Below are positions 1 to 13,937 of a stretch of DNA of 64,000 nucleotides, piece after piece. Below the pieces are notes generated by a model, which made no database searches, had not been told where the DNA came from, and saw only the letters and a list, made by a program, of their open reading frames with translations. The stretch spans positions 310,001 to 374,000 of the forward strand of contig JBEWZL010000109.1 in assembly GCA_045837725.1 (NCBI GenBank), written 5' to 3'. Source of the stretch: Vermamoeba vermiformis. Its lineage: Eukaryota. Positions within the stretch are counted from its first letter, which is position 1, and each line of letters begins with the position of its first letter. The translations under genes and the position numbers were made by a program.

Positions 1-3000
1 GGTGTTCACGCCTGAGAAGCACAAAACGTACTTCATGCACGTATCGACTCCCGGAGGTATTCGTGACTTGATCAAGTTACCTCGTGAGACTTGCAAAGTA
101 CACAAGCGTGGTGCGATCATTCTCTCAAAGAAAGACACCTACCAAAAGGATGAGCCAGTTGATCTGCTGGTCGTTTCTAATGAGTCAGCTGATTACCATC
201 TCAAGCTCTACAAACGTGATCTGGAAATCGCGTCAGCACCATTGAAGTTAAAGGGCGCCAAGTCGGTTACGTTCTACCCTCCTGCTGCTATTGGTGAAGG
301 TAAGTGATTGTAAACTTACTCGAATGTTGATTAATAACCTTCATTAAAGGTGTACTAAGAGCCACCCTGTTCAAGAAGGGCACGCCTATTGCCGAAAGAT
401 TGATCTTCCGCCACATGTCTCGTCAGATCAAGGTCAAAGTGACGCCAAATAAGGAGTCTTTCAAGCCCAACCAAAAGATTCAAGTCAACATCAAGACAAC
501 TGATGAAAATAATGAACCCGTCAGAGCCATCCTTGGTGTTACTGTCACTGATGATGCAATTCTCGAGATGGTCGAGGTAAGTCATCATCTATTCCACGAT
601 GTCGAGCAGTGTAATAACATCGCAAATAGAAACGCAAACAAGCTCCTCGTTTGCCGGAAATGGCATTGCTCGAGTCCGAAGTGAACGAGTTCTGGGACAG
701 TCAAATCTACTTCAAAGAAGCGCCAAAGTCACGACAAGCTATCGACCTCTTGCTCGGTACCCAAGTACGTTCCAGCGTGAATTGATTACGAACAATATTT
801 TTAAATGTTCTGATAGGGCTGGCGTCGTTTCGTGTTCTTCAAAGCCAAGATCGATTTAATTGACTTTTTGGCCGAGAACAAGTCTGCTGAACGAGTGTTA
901 GTTGCCACGACCAAATCTGTATGTGACATTCTTACTAAGCGTGCAATCTAATACGATTCTCGTAGATTAACCAAGAGGCGTACGTGCCCCCAGTAGTGAT
1001 TCCTACCATCTCAAGAAGACGATCATCTATCGACTACGAGGAGTGCGAAAACGAAGTTTACGAGAGTCTTCCTACCACTACTGCCATCTCCTCAGTTGTG
1101 TTTAGTGCTCCACCTCTGTCACCAATATCGAGTCGTCCAACAAGTGTGAAATCGAGTATCCGACCATCGATAGCCCAGAGAGATGTGCCCATGCGATCTC
1201 AAGCTGCTAAGGCTGCAATGCCTTCGCGATCAGTTCTGAGTCCTCCTCCTCCTGCAGCACAGTTGGCTATGAAAGAAGAAGCACCGCAACTTTCTTTAAA
1301 AGCCCGCTCAGTGTCTTACAGCGAACGATGTATTGAAGAAGATTTATTAATATCATATGGAGATGTTTCAGCAGACTATATTGAATCGCCACGAGAAATA
1401 GCTCCTTCCGTTGCTGACAATGAAGGTACACATTTCGACCTTTAAATAGCGACTAGCTCAAACGAACTTTTAACGCAGAGATCGAATGGTTGCCCGGCAA
1501 ATACATTGCACGCTTGTACAGACACAAAAAGTCTGAACACCGTGACAAGTCTGTTCGCACTGATTTCTCCAAGACCTTGTTTTGGGCTGGTCAAATCGAA
1601 ACAGACTCTGACGGCGAGGCAACCGTTAACTTCACATTGAGCGAGAGCATCACTTCGTTCAGATTCATGGTCGATGCGTTCAATCGCAACAACGGCTTTG
1701 GTGTCAGTGACTTTTTGATCGAGTCAAAGGAACCTTTCAGCTCCGATGCTCGTGTGCCTATTGAAGTCACCGAGACTGACGAGATGTTGCTGCCCATCTT
1801 GCTCGTCAACAACACCAAGAAGAAGTTTAGCGACGCCAAGGTGTCCATTGACGTTGGCTCGCAGCTGAAAGTTGACTCGAAGAAGGCTTCAGAGTTCAAG
1901 GCAATTAAGATTCAGGGCAATGAGAGGGGTAAGATTGAACCGTTAGTAATTCTCGTAGAATTCAGGCTAATGTATTGTTGTAGTCCGAAAGTTGCTGAAG
2001 ATGACGGCTAGTGAGCCAGGCAACACTTTTGTGAAGTTAGAAGCCAAGTCTGGAGGCGGTCATTTGGACAAGATTGAGCGTCAATTGCGCGTCATGCCGT
2101 TAGGTTTCCCTCAACAAGTGAACTCCTCTGGCACCGTCAAGGCTGGCGAGGCAATTAAATTCGATTTTGAGATCGAGTTTGAGATCCCCAGCAAGATCTC
2201 CAAGAACTCTATCAGCGCTGCCCTGGCATTCTTCCCGTCGCCAGCTGGCAATTATGAAGCGTTGTGCGACCGATTGTGCCAGACTCCTGGCGGTTGCTTC
2301 GAGCAAGTTGGTTCGACCATGTTCCCGCTCATTCTCGCTGCCCAATGGTTCGCGAACAAGGGTGACTTGACGAAGTTGAACAACTTCACCCCGAAGATCA
2401 AGGTCGGATATGACAAGATCAAGGGCTACGAGTGCCGTGGAGGAGGTTTTGAGTGGTACGGCGGTACTCCTGCCCACACTGCCCTCACCGCCTTTGGTGT
2501 GGTCATGTTGTTGGAGACAATGCCCGTGTACGATGGTAAGTTGTGGAACCAGCATTTATCGCGACAGTGACTCATATTTTGTTCAGTCGACAAGGGCCTT
2601 CTTGACCGCAGCGTGCAATGGCTGTTGGATCAACGTGATGGCAAAGGCGAGTTCAAACAAGCGTACGGCAAATACGCTTGGGCTTCACCTCCCAAGAACG
2701 CCGCACACGGTAAGTTTTGAGCGTTACACTACGAAATGACGGAGGGTCTAACACTATTGCAAAGGATACATCATGTGGGCTATCACTGAGGCTGGCATTG
2801 GCGCGAACCAGCTCGAGAAGGAGTTGGCACGCTTGAATGAAATGACTCAAGAGAGTGGCATGGGCACCTACGTGATGGCACTCGCAGCAAACGTGAACAA
2901 TCGATTGAAGCAAAACGAACAAGCCAAGAAGTTGTGCGACAAGCTCGCTTCACTGCAAGAAAAGGGTGGTCGTGTGCCGAATGCAGGTTCGACTATTGTG

Positions 3001-3924
3001 TACTCTGGCAGCCCTGAAGTTGAGTCCACTGCCCTGTCATTGTTGGCTTGGATGAAGGTCGATCCTAAGGCCTACGCGAGCAACATTGAGACAGCAAAGA
3101 AGTACTTGGACAGCACTTTGTCGCCTTACGGCTACGGCAACACTCAAGCTACTTCATTGACCTTGAAGGCCATGAATGTGTATAACACCATGCTCGGCGA
3201 TACTTCATCTCCTGACACACTCTCTGTGGTAAGTTCAAGCCGATTGTCGACACCAAACAGTTGAAATTAACATCGCTTTATTTGTAGCACTTTGACGACA
3301 AACTCATTCACGAGACAACGGTCAAAGAGAACTCCTCCGAGCCAATTGTCGTACCTTTTACTGACGTGAAGCTCGGCTCCGGCAAGCACACATTGCAAAT
3401 TAAGCTCGGCAAGGGCTCGTTGCCGTACCAGTTCACAGTCAGCTACAACGCTCTCACGCCCAACTCCGCGGCTGATTGCAAGGTCAAGCTCGAGGCCAAG
3501 CTGAGCAAGAAGACTGTGAATGAAGGTGAAGGCTGTGAAGTGATGGTGAAAGTGACCAATGTGACCAAAGAAGATCTGCCGATGGTGCTCGCGATCATTG
3601 GCTTGCCCGGTGGTTTTGAACCGCGTCACGAACAGCTGAAAGATCTCGTGAAGAAAGAGAAAATTGATTTCTACGAGGTCATTGGCCGCAACATTGCACT
3701 CTACTGGCGTGGCTTTGACAAAGCGTAAGTAGCCTATTCGTGCACTCCACACACGCGTACTGATCGTTCTTTCACGTTGCAGTGGTGTGGCAGAGTTCCC
3801 AGTCGATGTTGTCGCCACGGTGCCTGGCTCGTACACTGGTCCTGCATCGCGCGTCTTCTTGTACTACACGCCTGAAAAGCAGCACTGGATCGATGGTTTG
3901 ACCGGTGAAATTGTGCCCAAATAA
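1..3924 (+). CDS. Thioester-containing alpha-2-macroglobulin family protein (5'-truncated, multi-exon)
   Basis: Spliced protein has DLLLGTQGWRRF, a Pro/Ser-rich bait-like exon (967-1426), RTDFSKTLFW, thioester motif GCFEQ (2292-2306), GGFEWYG, ESTALSLLAW and a C-terminal receptor-binding-type domain (IGLPGGFEP...PGSYTGPASRVFLYY). Stop TAA 3922-3924. Confidence 0.9.
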
Positions 3925-4261
3925 GCCTAGCGAACCAAACCAACTTACCTTATTACCTTGTAACCTTATAGAATTAAATACGATATAATACGATATCCAT
4001 GAGCAAGAAAAGATCCGATCTCGCGCACCTAATTAGTTTTCAACTCAAAGTCATCTAAACGGATCAATAACGCCCTTATTGAGTATTTTTAAGCAAGGAT
4101 ATGCGATTGTTACATAGATCCAACGAATTTTAAAACAGCTTAAGTGCACCCGTATTTACGGATCGAGCTTTTCCAGGATCTTAAAAAGAATTAACGTGAC
4201 GAGGATGAAGGTAATGTTTAACACTATACAAAATATGCTCTTGATCTTAAACTTGATATTT

Positions 4262-5226
4262 TTAGCTAATCAAGCCCAAATAATCTTCTTTAATTGTACC
4301 GACGCCGAACTAACGAGAAAAAATATTATTAGCGCTTAGAACTAGTCATAGTATATAATATTTATATGGTATACTTACGATTTCAGTAGCTTCGAATCGC
4401 AGACCAATCAATTTCAAGCGCACTTCTTCGCCCTTTTGGATCTTTGTTGTCTCATCTGCCATCATGTACGCAGGACCGTTCGGATCGTAACCCATATCGG
4501 ATGGAATTTGCTATAATAATGTATTTAAGTACTATATACCATTTAGAATCATAAATATAATTGTTTTGGAGGAATTTTGGTGGATCGGTTTAAAGGTGTT
4601 TTGAAGCGGATGTGGATCCGAACTAAGGCTTACTTGACAGTGCACGAATATATCAAGAGGACCAGCCTTGCATCTGAAGCCTAATTGATCAACAGAATAG
4701 ACTACAGCGTCCATCACTTCATTTCTGAATGGTCGGAACACGATCGCTTGATATGACACGACAAACTTGACAAAACCTCCTAGAATAATAAAATAATGGA
4801 ATTAAATATTTGCGATATATTGTTATATAAATATACAAGCATTAATAACCACAAAATCGATGGTAAAGCAGATCTGACACGAAGAAAAATTCGAAATTTT
4901 TCAGGTCGATTGTAAATTAATAATATGCTGCAAATAAATATTTAAAAAATACTATTTCGATATTGGTACACGTTGGATATTAAAATACGCCTTAATTAAA
5001 CTTTTGACCGATATTTATTTTTTATTCAGATTCGCAACTTACCTTCTTGAATTTGTCCCAATGGAAGAGGATCAGTAGATACTATAGTAATAATAAATCC
5101 ATATCGACCATCAACTGAGCCTTCTACTTCCTTTCTAAGTCGTCGCTGGATCTCCTCGTGGAGTTTTGGCCCGAATGTGGTCGGGTGCATCAACAGCTCT
5201 CGCTTCAATTTGATCAAAAAGAACAT
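4262..5226 (-). CDS. RPB7: RNA polymerase II subunit RPB7 (4 exons)
   Basis: MFFLIKLKRELLMHPTTFGPKL...EVEGSVDGRYGFII, AIVFRPFRNEV, GPLDIFV, C-terminus GTIKEDYLGLIS*. Confidence 0.95.
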
Positions 5227-5400
5227 ATTGGCCTTTTATATTATAGTGCTATGTGTTGACTAAGCGAGGCAATAAAAAGAACAATTAACAAGCCCACAGT
5301 TGAATTTTTATTTTGTTAATTGCAGCACACAATTGCCGAAATGGACTTATAACAATTAATATATTGATACTATATTATAATTATTAATAAGCAACTTGAT

Positions 5401-7114
5401 ATGGACAATAATAACAAAGTACAACTGAAAGCGTTCGGATTGGGTCAACTGATCTCGGTTGTAATTACTGGCACAGGCGTTTGCAGTGAATTATTGGCAT
5501 TTAAATATTCAGGTAATAATAGTGTAGTAATTATTTTTATTATACCTATCATTAATTAATAAAATTGCAATGTTGGTTCGATCAGATCCCGGACCGAAAT
5601 GACATTTTGAGAAATTTACAAGATACCATTACAATTAAATCCTATTAATTAATAATATTGCGCCTATATATTCAAATTTAAGTCAAACTATAAATCGATC
5701 GTGTCGATCTAACTTTGAATTTTCAGTCAATATTCCAACAGCCCAGTCGCTCTTCGTTTATGTACTACTAGGCATTGTATATTCACTAGTACTAGTAAGA
5801 AAAGGCACGTGGCTTGAAACAGTCAAGAGTAAATGGAAGTTTTATTTGCCGCTAGCATTGGTGGATGTAGAAGGCAATTATTTCGGTATGAAAAGGCTAA
5901 GAATACTAGTATAAGACCATACTAACACTATTATAATATAGTCGTCAAAGCATATCAATATACAACGATTACGAGGTAATTTTATTTTCGGATCTGTTCC
6001 GGATCTACTTTGTACTCTTTACTAATCTTCCATTCAATAGTATTATGCTATTAGATTGCTTCACCATACCTTGCGTAATGGTTTTAACGTATATATTCTT
6101 AAAAACACGATACAATTGGCGACATTACGTCGGAGTAGCTTTGTGCCTGGTTGGATTAGGCATATTAATTTATTCAGATACGGTATTTAACAACGCTAAT
6201 GAAGGTACGTCATATTAAATACCAAATACTAATATTATCGGCTTTGGGTGAGATCCAGTACGCAATTGATTAATTTTATTTTTTAGGCGGATCCAACAAG
6301 ATCTTAGGCGACATTTTATGCTTAGTCGGTGCAGTATTATATGCTATATCAAATGTAGGACAAGAAGCAATGGTGACTAAGTTCGACAAATACGAGTATT
6401 TAGCGATGATTGGATTGTATGGCGCACCGATCAGCTTAGTTCAATTGTAAGTCATATTTAATATTATATATGATACTAATGTATATTAATATGATACTAG
6501 GATGATATTAGAGCGAGATCAATTGAATACTTTATCCTGGAATTGGCCGATAGGTAAGATCCGAGCCGTTACACGCGACTAGACAAGCATTAATATTCAT
6601 AATTATTAGTGGGTTTGCTTTTTGGATTTGTAGCATTCTTATTTACTATGTATTCACTGGTGCCACTCTTGCTGACTCTGAGCGGATCTGCCTTCTTCAA
6701 CTTGTCGTTGCTGACTTCAGACGTCTACGCAATTCTCTTCGGAGTTTTCTTGTTTGGAAAGATAGTAAGTTCATATTAATAGACGAATACTAGATGACCG
6801 CAATAGTTTACTGAGACAATACTGAGATCTCATCAATGGGATCCGGATGAGGAGTATTTTGCTAACGTATTGTTCTATTTAGCCGTCAGTATTATATTTC
6901 ATCGCTTTCGTTATTATCATTGTGGGCCTATGCTTCTACAATATTAAGAACAACCCTGTAATGTACAGCAAGCTCGAACAAACCGAATCCACTTCGATAA
7001 GTATGATCAATGACTTTATGGATTGTAATAATGATAATATTAATGGTTTAATGTTAAGTAGAAAATTCAGCGAGCAATGAAAGCAGTGCTAATTCGTTAG
7101 ACAGTCCAATATAA
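5401..7114 (+). CDS. SLC35F1/F2-family (DUF914) solute carrier, multi-exon
   Basis: Short exons join to [84 protein letters not shown] and FFNLSLLTSDVYA. Largely missed by the ORF track. Confidence 0.9.
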
Positions 7115-7217
7115 CACCGAAAGTAAATCCGTTTGTAAATAGTAAAAACTTGGTTAGGTAATGTAGCTCAGAATGGTAATTATTTACTGCCTACAAGCAA
7201 TACAAAACCAGCGCTTA

Positions 7218-8004
7218 TTAACAGCCGCAATTTATGTACAATTGCTGGGACGAGTATCTGGTGTAGACGGCGTTAGGTTGTCCCTGTGGTATGATGAATT
7301 CCAAATGCAATCCGTCATTGAAGTCGAAGTTAATCGGGAAACTCTTGGAAATCAGATGATTTGTTCCGCTAGAATCGAGACTTTCATTCACACATTCACT
7401 ATCCGGATCTTCGTAGATCGATTTGGACGTGTAAATGTCGTCTGCCGGCTCGTCACTCCAGAAGTCCGCGTAAGGAATGGTGACAGTGAATTCTAATGGT
7501 GGCAAGTACGTGTTGCTAGTGCCTGTTCATGAAGGCATTAAGTTAACTTCGGATCTCTGCACAATTTCGTCGTACCGTTCATTTGAATGTTTTTGAGCGT
7601 AACCCACTTCACGTCTGGACTGCTTCGTATATTCAGGTCCGAGATAAGTCCTTCAGCGTAAAAGTAATAGATCAAGCGGTTTGGTCCCGGTGTGTAAAGG
7701 TATCCGCGCAAGGAGGCAAAAGAACGACCAGGATCTGCGATTAATAGTCAGTATAGTTGGTCAACAAGCTCCCTACTTGCCGCTGGGGTTAACGAGCAGG
7801 CTCCGTTCTATCATGAGTAAAAGCCAGTCTTGCTGTCGGTTTTCAACAAAAAAATACCCTGTTGTTGGAAAGACCAGTAACTGAGAGTTAGAAATGGTGG
7901 TCAGCGTGTCGGTCGAGAGTTGATCCGGAGGACACAGCTGCGATCCAGCGCTCAGAACAAATAATAATCGCGAGCGTTGCGAGGTGAACAATACTGCGCT
8001 TCAT
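7218..8004 (-). CDS. Secreted protein of unknown function, paralog A (GC-AG intron; +1 break near 7970)
   Basis: Exons join through introns 7735-7780 and about 7523-7575. C-terminal EFTVTIPYADFWSD...LEFIIP...CGC matches the neighbouring gene. The start is uncertain: ATG 8004 needs a +1 fix, and a spliced alternative start is at 8122. Confidence 0.6.
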
Positions 8005-8384
8005 AATGACGCAAAACAATTGTTATGCACAACAGCTTACTATTAAAATGAACAAAAAATGAGCAGCATTTATGTAGTCCCCAGAGTTTTAATAAGCGAG
8101 GTAGATCGAGTTGGAAATTCATTCTAGTGATGCTAATATTTCCCAAGGTAATTTTATTATTCTAAATGGGTACGATAAACAAATAATTTTGATATTTATT
8201 GCTATATTACGCAAGTGGTAGTAATAACAATTTTACTTACCCGAGAAATCTGCCCCTAACCCTTACTTTCACCATCTTTTTATTAAACAAATAGTACAAT
8301 GATATTTAGCGAATTTTTAGCATCCTTTAAAAGATACTGCTCGAGCAAATTCTCCAATAATAATTGCAGGACTAATCCGAAACC

Positions 8385-9289
8385 ATGACTTCCTTTCGAA
8401 CATTAGTGTCTTTGTTCCTCATTATTGTTGTGTGTCAACAGTGCTTTGCGAATCAAGAGGTTAATAACGAGCAGTGCACAAGCACGTCGAATCCGCTATT
8501 CAATCAAACGATCCCTTGGCGAATAGCCCTCGAGAGCGTGGCCAATCTGTACATACCCTCCAACCAATCGTTAGTTATTTCTGACACTACTGGATGCTTC
8601 ACTTTTCAGTTGTACTTAGCTTCGTACCAAGGGATTCGAGGTTAGCCGGATGGCAGGCTTATATTCTTTCATTATTAATTGTCAAACGCAGCTATTGCGA
8701 CTTTCAATGACGCATGGGCAATTCTTTCTGGCAATTTGACCGATCACTGCAATGGAGGAGCGTCGTACAGTGTTTATGGTCGACAACACACGGATTATCC
8801 GTTGATCTTCGTTGACTCGGCAGCCGTGCAACACGCTACTTTAGTACCACTCTTTATTCTAGGTAATATAAGGATATATGTTGCTCAATCTTACGCAATA
8901 TTTCAGGTACCTACACTAACGGCTCGTACGAGAGCGAGTTCACTTTTACGACGGAAAGAGCCGACTTTTATTCGAATAGAAAGCCTTTCTATAAAGGGCA
9001 ACGCGATGAATTCCGCACGTTCAAGAACTCCAGTTGCACGGTGCGGAGTCGGGCGGACAGTGGGGGCAATTTTGTGTATTCTCAACCATTCCGCAGTGTA
9101 CTGGCATGGAACTCAGGTCCGCAATTAGAATTCATTTTCCCTGCCAACATTCAAGTCACCGCTTACTACTACCCTACTACGAATTATTACTCGCAGTGCC
9201 CTTGCGATGAGTATTCACTAGTTGCTACCAGCACCGCGAGTGAGGGCGTTACTTCTCTGCCCAATGTACCGGTACCACCGCCACTATAA
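8385..9289 (+). CDS. Secreted protein of unknown function, paralog B (3 exons)
   Basis: Signal peptide MTSFRTLVSLFLIIVVCQQCFA. Introns at about 8641-8690 and 8863-8906 give one continuous frame ending EFTFTTERADFYSN...LEFIFP...CPC...PVPPPL*. Confidence 0.75.
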
Positions 9290-9619
9290 TTACGTTAGTT
9301 TTCTTCTTTATAATAAATAGCAATTCTATGTGAAATGTTCAGCAGTTACAGGCTCATTTGTATTATTCTAAGGTGGTATGATATCCACAGGCGTTGTTGA
9401 TAGTAGTCGATCCCAGGAGTTTCTTTCTGATAAAGCAATTGCTCACCAAACGAAAATAAAATATTACCAAAGGTACACAAGAATCTGTATTAAGTTGTTA
9501 TGGTCTCGTTGTGTCGTTCAGTTCCAAAATTGCCGCCGAAAGTTTTTGAATTCACCAGTGCGGTTTTATTCATTATTTTGTTAAATGTATCATACAACAA
9601 TATTAATCTGTATATAACA

Positions 9620-10635
9620 ATGAACACAGCGAACAAATTACTGAAATTAACGAGGGTTATGAAGGATGGCGTGCGGTACTATCAACCTGAAGGCACGCAG
9701 ACCTTATGGCCATCAGTTACTACCGTTATTCATGGCGTATTAAGTAAGCCTCAATTACAAGCATGGGAACGAAAGAATTCATTGGATACGTTCAAAAAGA
9801 AGATTATGAATCTACAGAATCTGCAGGGAGACGATTTAAAAGTATTTGCCGAGAAGGAATTAGATAAGGTAATATTTTATACGAATTTTAAAATTAAAAT
9901 TAATGCTAAACGCCATTTTTCTTGATTTTTGCACAATTGTTTTTCGAATCGATCTAGGTCTGACCGTTGACACGTCTCTTAATCACGATCGATTATCATT
10001 CCCGTATTTATATGCTTAGAAATATTATTATAGATGATTCGGGAGGCTACACAAGCGCCAGAAAATGATAGGCTGCGTGCAGCAGATTTCGGAACGCAAT
10101 CGCACGACATTATCGAACAATTAATCAAATCGGACAATCCTGAAGCAGTGGAAGTGCCGAGCAAATACGAGAAGATTAAAACTGGATTTCTTCGGTGGCA
10201 TAAACAAGCTGTTGCAGCAAAGTTGGAAATTCTACAAACAGAAGTTGAAGTCTATTCAACTGCCCATGGCTACGCAGGTACTCTTATGATGCATATAAAT
10301 CTTATTAGGATATTTGTGATTGATTTAATGTGGTAGGAACATTGGATGCGATCGGAAAAATGAAGATCGACGGAAAAGACACATTAGTTGTCATGGATTG
10401 GAAAACCTCGAATAAATTATATCCAGAATACGCGCTACAAATAGCTGCATATGCTAGAGCATACGAAGAATTGTTTGGACAGAAGATCGACGAAGGATTA
10501 ATCGTAAAGTTCCCTAAAGACAGTACGCGATTTGAAGCGAGGCGAGTGAAGGATTTAAACCTCGCCTTTGATGCATTTAAATCGACATTGTTATTATGGA
10601 ACGTGCTCCATGGCGAAGAAAACCTACTTTTGTAA
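9620..10635 (+). CDS. PD-(D/E)XK exonuclease, MGME1/phage RecB-Cas4-like (3 exons)
   Basis: WPSVTTVI, GTQSHDIIE, EVEVYS...YAGTLDA, VMDWKTS, LQIAAYARAY. An in-frame upstream ATG at 9500 is possible. Confidence 0.85.
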
Positions 10636-10844
10636 ATAAACCACAAAAAAAAGCGAAGTTTCCTAAAATTTCAATATATCAGATACGCCTTATCGTATTA
10701 ATATGACATTAGTGGAGTTGCGCAAGGAGAGGGTGTTTCCATTCAGTTAAGGAAAATTCATTTTTTGTTATTTTGCACGCGTAATTTGGGACCATTTTTT
10801 TTTTATCGAGCCCGAATGAAACAACAACAATTGCATAATATAAC

Positions 10845-13418
10845 ATGAGTAGCCTTCATAAAGTCAAAGATTCGTTATTATCAAAGCTAAAGATTAAAAA
10901 GAAAGATAAAAAGGATAAATCACCAATATCAGCACGAGATGCGGTCAAAAGAGAAGAAGGCTCAAAATTAAAGCGAGTAATTTCCCAAGAGTCCCCAGAG
11001 CTCAAGAGGTCAATAAAAGCATATAACGAACACAATGAGCAACGAGACGGCAAAGTTTCACCACGAGTTGAAACGCGGCCCCGTAGCAGGAGTGATACAT
11101 CCGCAATGCTTTCTGTAGTTAAAAAAGAACAGAAAAATCCGAGTGTAGGCGAGATAATTGAAGAAGAGGAGGACGAAAATGAAGACGCAATTCTCGAAGA
11201 AGAATCTACAACTACAGAGGATAATTATAGCGGCGAGTTCAGTTCTTCATCGGAGGATCCTTTTAGAAAAACACACTTAGATAGGCTGTTTGAGGCCGGA
11301 CAGCCTATAATTAAAGCAGGCACTATCACCGCAATTGTTGATTGGCTGTGGGGCTGTTCAGGTAATTATAGCGCTTTTAATTGGCTAAATTTAGATCTAA
11401 CTTACACTAATGTATTTAATGGTATTGATAGTCAAAATATTAATTATGACGTTCAAATATAGATAAAATATTGATACAATCGTTTTTGGTCGGATACACT
11501 TCCTATTGGACCTCACGGCAACTATTCGAATTTCTACAGAACAAGTAAGCCTATTAAACAATAATATAGATTATAGTTAATATATACCAACGAGGTTAAA
11601 AAGATTTTTAATTTGGAACGTAATTATATTAATTTTGTGAGACGTTTGAAAATTCGATCAGGTTTAATCCGTTGCAAGTCCCAAGCGACTTTGCAGCCTT
11701 ATTATTATAATAGCATTATATTCATCGCGTATACTACTAGGTTTTCAGAAAGCAGGACGAATTGTTCGCCTGAAGGCAGCCGAGATCTTTTTAAGTAAGT
11801 CTGAACTTCCCAATTCAATCTCCAATCAGGTCTAATTATATATATCGAATAGAACATTAGACTTTTTAGCGACATGGGTCGATACATATTATAAGAGAGA
11901 TTTTGAAGCACAAAACATGTTAGCCGATCTACGCAAATTTTTAAACGAAGCTACAGAGGCAGGATTATCGCGAGATGTAAATCAAATTAAGTTATTGGTT
12001 CTCAAGGTAAGCTATATTAATATTTTAGCGCGTTTAATTTTCTAATTTAATTTTAAAGCGATCTTGCCGAGGCTTATCAACCAGAGCCTTCCAAGAATGC
12101 GATGCTTACTTGCCTAGACAGATCCAAGCAGCTAACAAGAAAATACAGAAACGATTATCCCGAGAAAAGACAGTTATTCCGACTACACGTACGAATTTTT
12201 TTTCGTTTGGAGCGAATCCATAATTAATTTTGTGAATTTGCTTTAAATATAGGAAATTTAGCCTTTTGGGACATCTCGTCGATAGACCTCGCAGAACAAC
12301 TAACGCTTCAAGAGCATGAAATCTTCCGAGACATCAAAGACGGAGAATTACTCGGCTTAACGTGGATGCGCGACAAAATTTCAGCGCAGAACGTTTGTCG
12401 TATGGTAGATAACTTCAATAAGGTACGTATCATCATTTGTATACGATCTTTGGCCATTTGTTAACTTTTTGTTAGATCACGTACTGGGTTGCAGAGACAA
12501 TTTTATCAGAGCCTGAAATGAAGGACAGAGTTAATGCTATTAAGAAATTTGTTACTATAGCCGAGGTAACTAAGCGAATATACTCATATTTACTATTGTT
12601 ATCGGATTGCTAAGCGGATTTGCTTTAGCGGTGTTTCGATCTGAACAATTTCCATGCATTAATGGAAATAGTAGCTGGTCTGAGTATGACCGCTATAGAA
12701 CGACTAAAGAAGACGTGGACGGTACGTTATAATACTATATTCCTGATTCTAAGCTTACTTTATTAATCGAAATTGACCGTAGCTGGTTCCCTCGCAAACA
12801 CGAGCGACTTTAGAGAAGTTTAATCGCTTCATGAACACCAAGAACAATTTTCAGAACTACAGGCATACACTATATCGCGTCAAGGGCCCTTGTGTACCAT
12901 ATATAGGTACGGATTCAAAAACTAAAAATTCTTAATTTTCGTAACGGGATCTGGATCCCGCGCGTTTGCTTAACCGTGGTATTAATCGTATTATATAGGT
13001 GTTTATCTGCGGGATTTGACGTTTATAGAAGAAGGCAATCCAAATGTATATGAAAACGGGCTAGTGAATTTCGATAAACTACACTTGAACGGCTTGCAAA
13101 TAATAGACGTGCACAAACATCAAGAGGTACGTAATACGAACTTATGAATATACTGCTATATACTATATACGATATACTTGACTAAAGAAGAAAATTTATA
13201 TGAATTTATAGACGTGATAATCGAATTGCAAAAATAGGATCTGGATCTTTTTTGTGACACATTTAATTAATTCATTTATTTGTTGATTATAGGCGCCTTA
13301 TGATATTAAGCCTCATCCAGCTATTCAACAGTATTTTTCGAATATTAAGACCAAAACTGAAGACGAGATCTTTGCGTTGTTGGAGGCACTAGAACCGTCC
13401 GAACAACTCGATGTATAG
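10845..13418 (+). CDS. RasGEF (REM + CDC25 domains), multi-exon
   Basis: [86 protein letters not shown]. Confidence 0.92.
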
Positions 13419-13937
13419 ATTTGTAACCCCTCATATACGACTATTTAAGCCTATGTGAACGGTTATATATGCTTCTAATGTATATTTGAGGCGTGTAACT
13501 GGATCGCGAAAGAAAATTTGAACGAACATTGTAATTTTAATTGTAGAATTTGTAAAATGAGAACAAATGCAAATAAAGCGTTGTGAATATACGATAATGG
13601 CGTCTAAGTACCAGAGTGACGATAAAGCAAAGTATTAAAATGTAAATTCAATGACAAAAGCGAATCCTTTTCAGTAACGAAAATTTTTGCAAGATTAAGC
13701 GATATAAATCGTTTGACAGTATTAAGTACATTCCCTTAGTATTACTAAGCTCTCTTTTGGTCAATTCTCATTGGAGACCTATTTTAAGTGGCAAAAATAT
13801 CTTCGGGCGTATTTCCAGCGCAGAAAAAATAATTCAATTCAGTTCTGTTGTAAAGTTGTATGTGAATATACATACCTTAATATTTATTATTGTATTTTAT
13901 AATCGATGCAGAGCAGTAGTAGACGATAGATTTATTT

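Noticed and set aside
1591-3836. Several long antisense ORFs over the A2M gene (and similar ones over other genes)
   Set aside because: Shadow ORFs of codon-biased exons, with no motifs.
9620-10635. Cas4/CRISPR interpretation of the nuclease
   Set aside because: No Fe-S cysteines, no repeat-spacer array and no other cas genes; the gene has spliceosomal introns.
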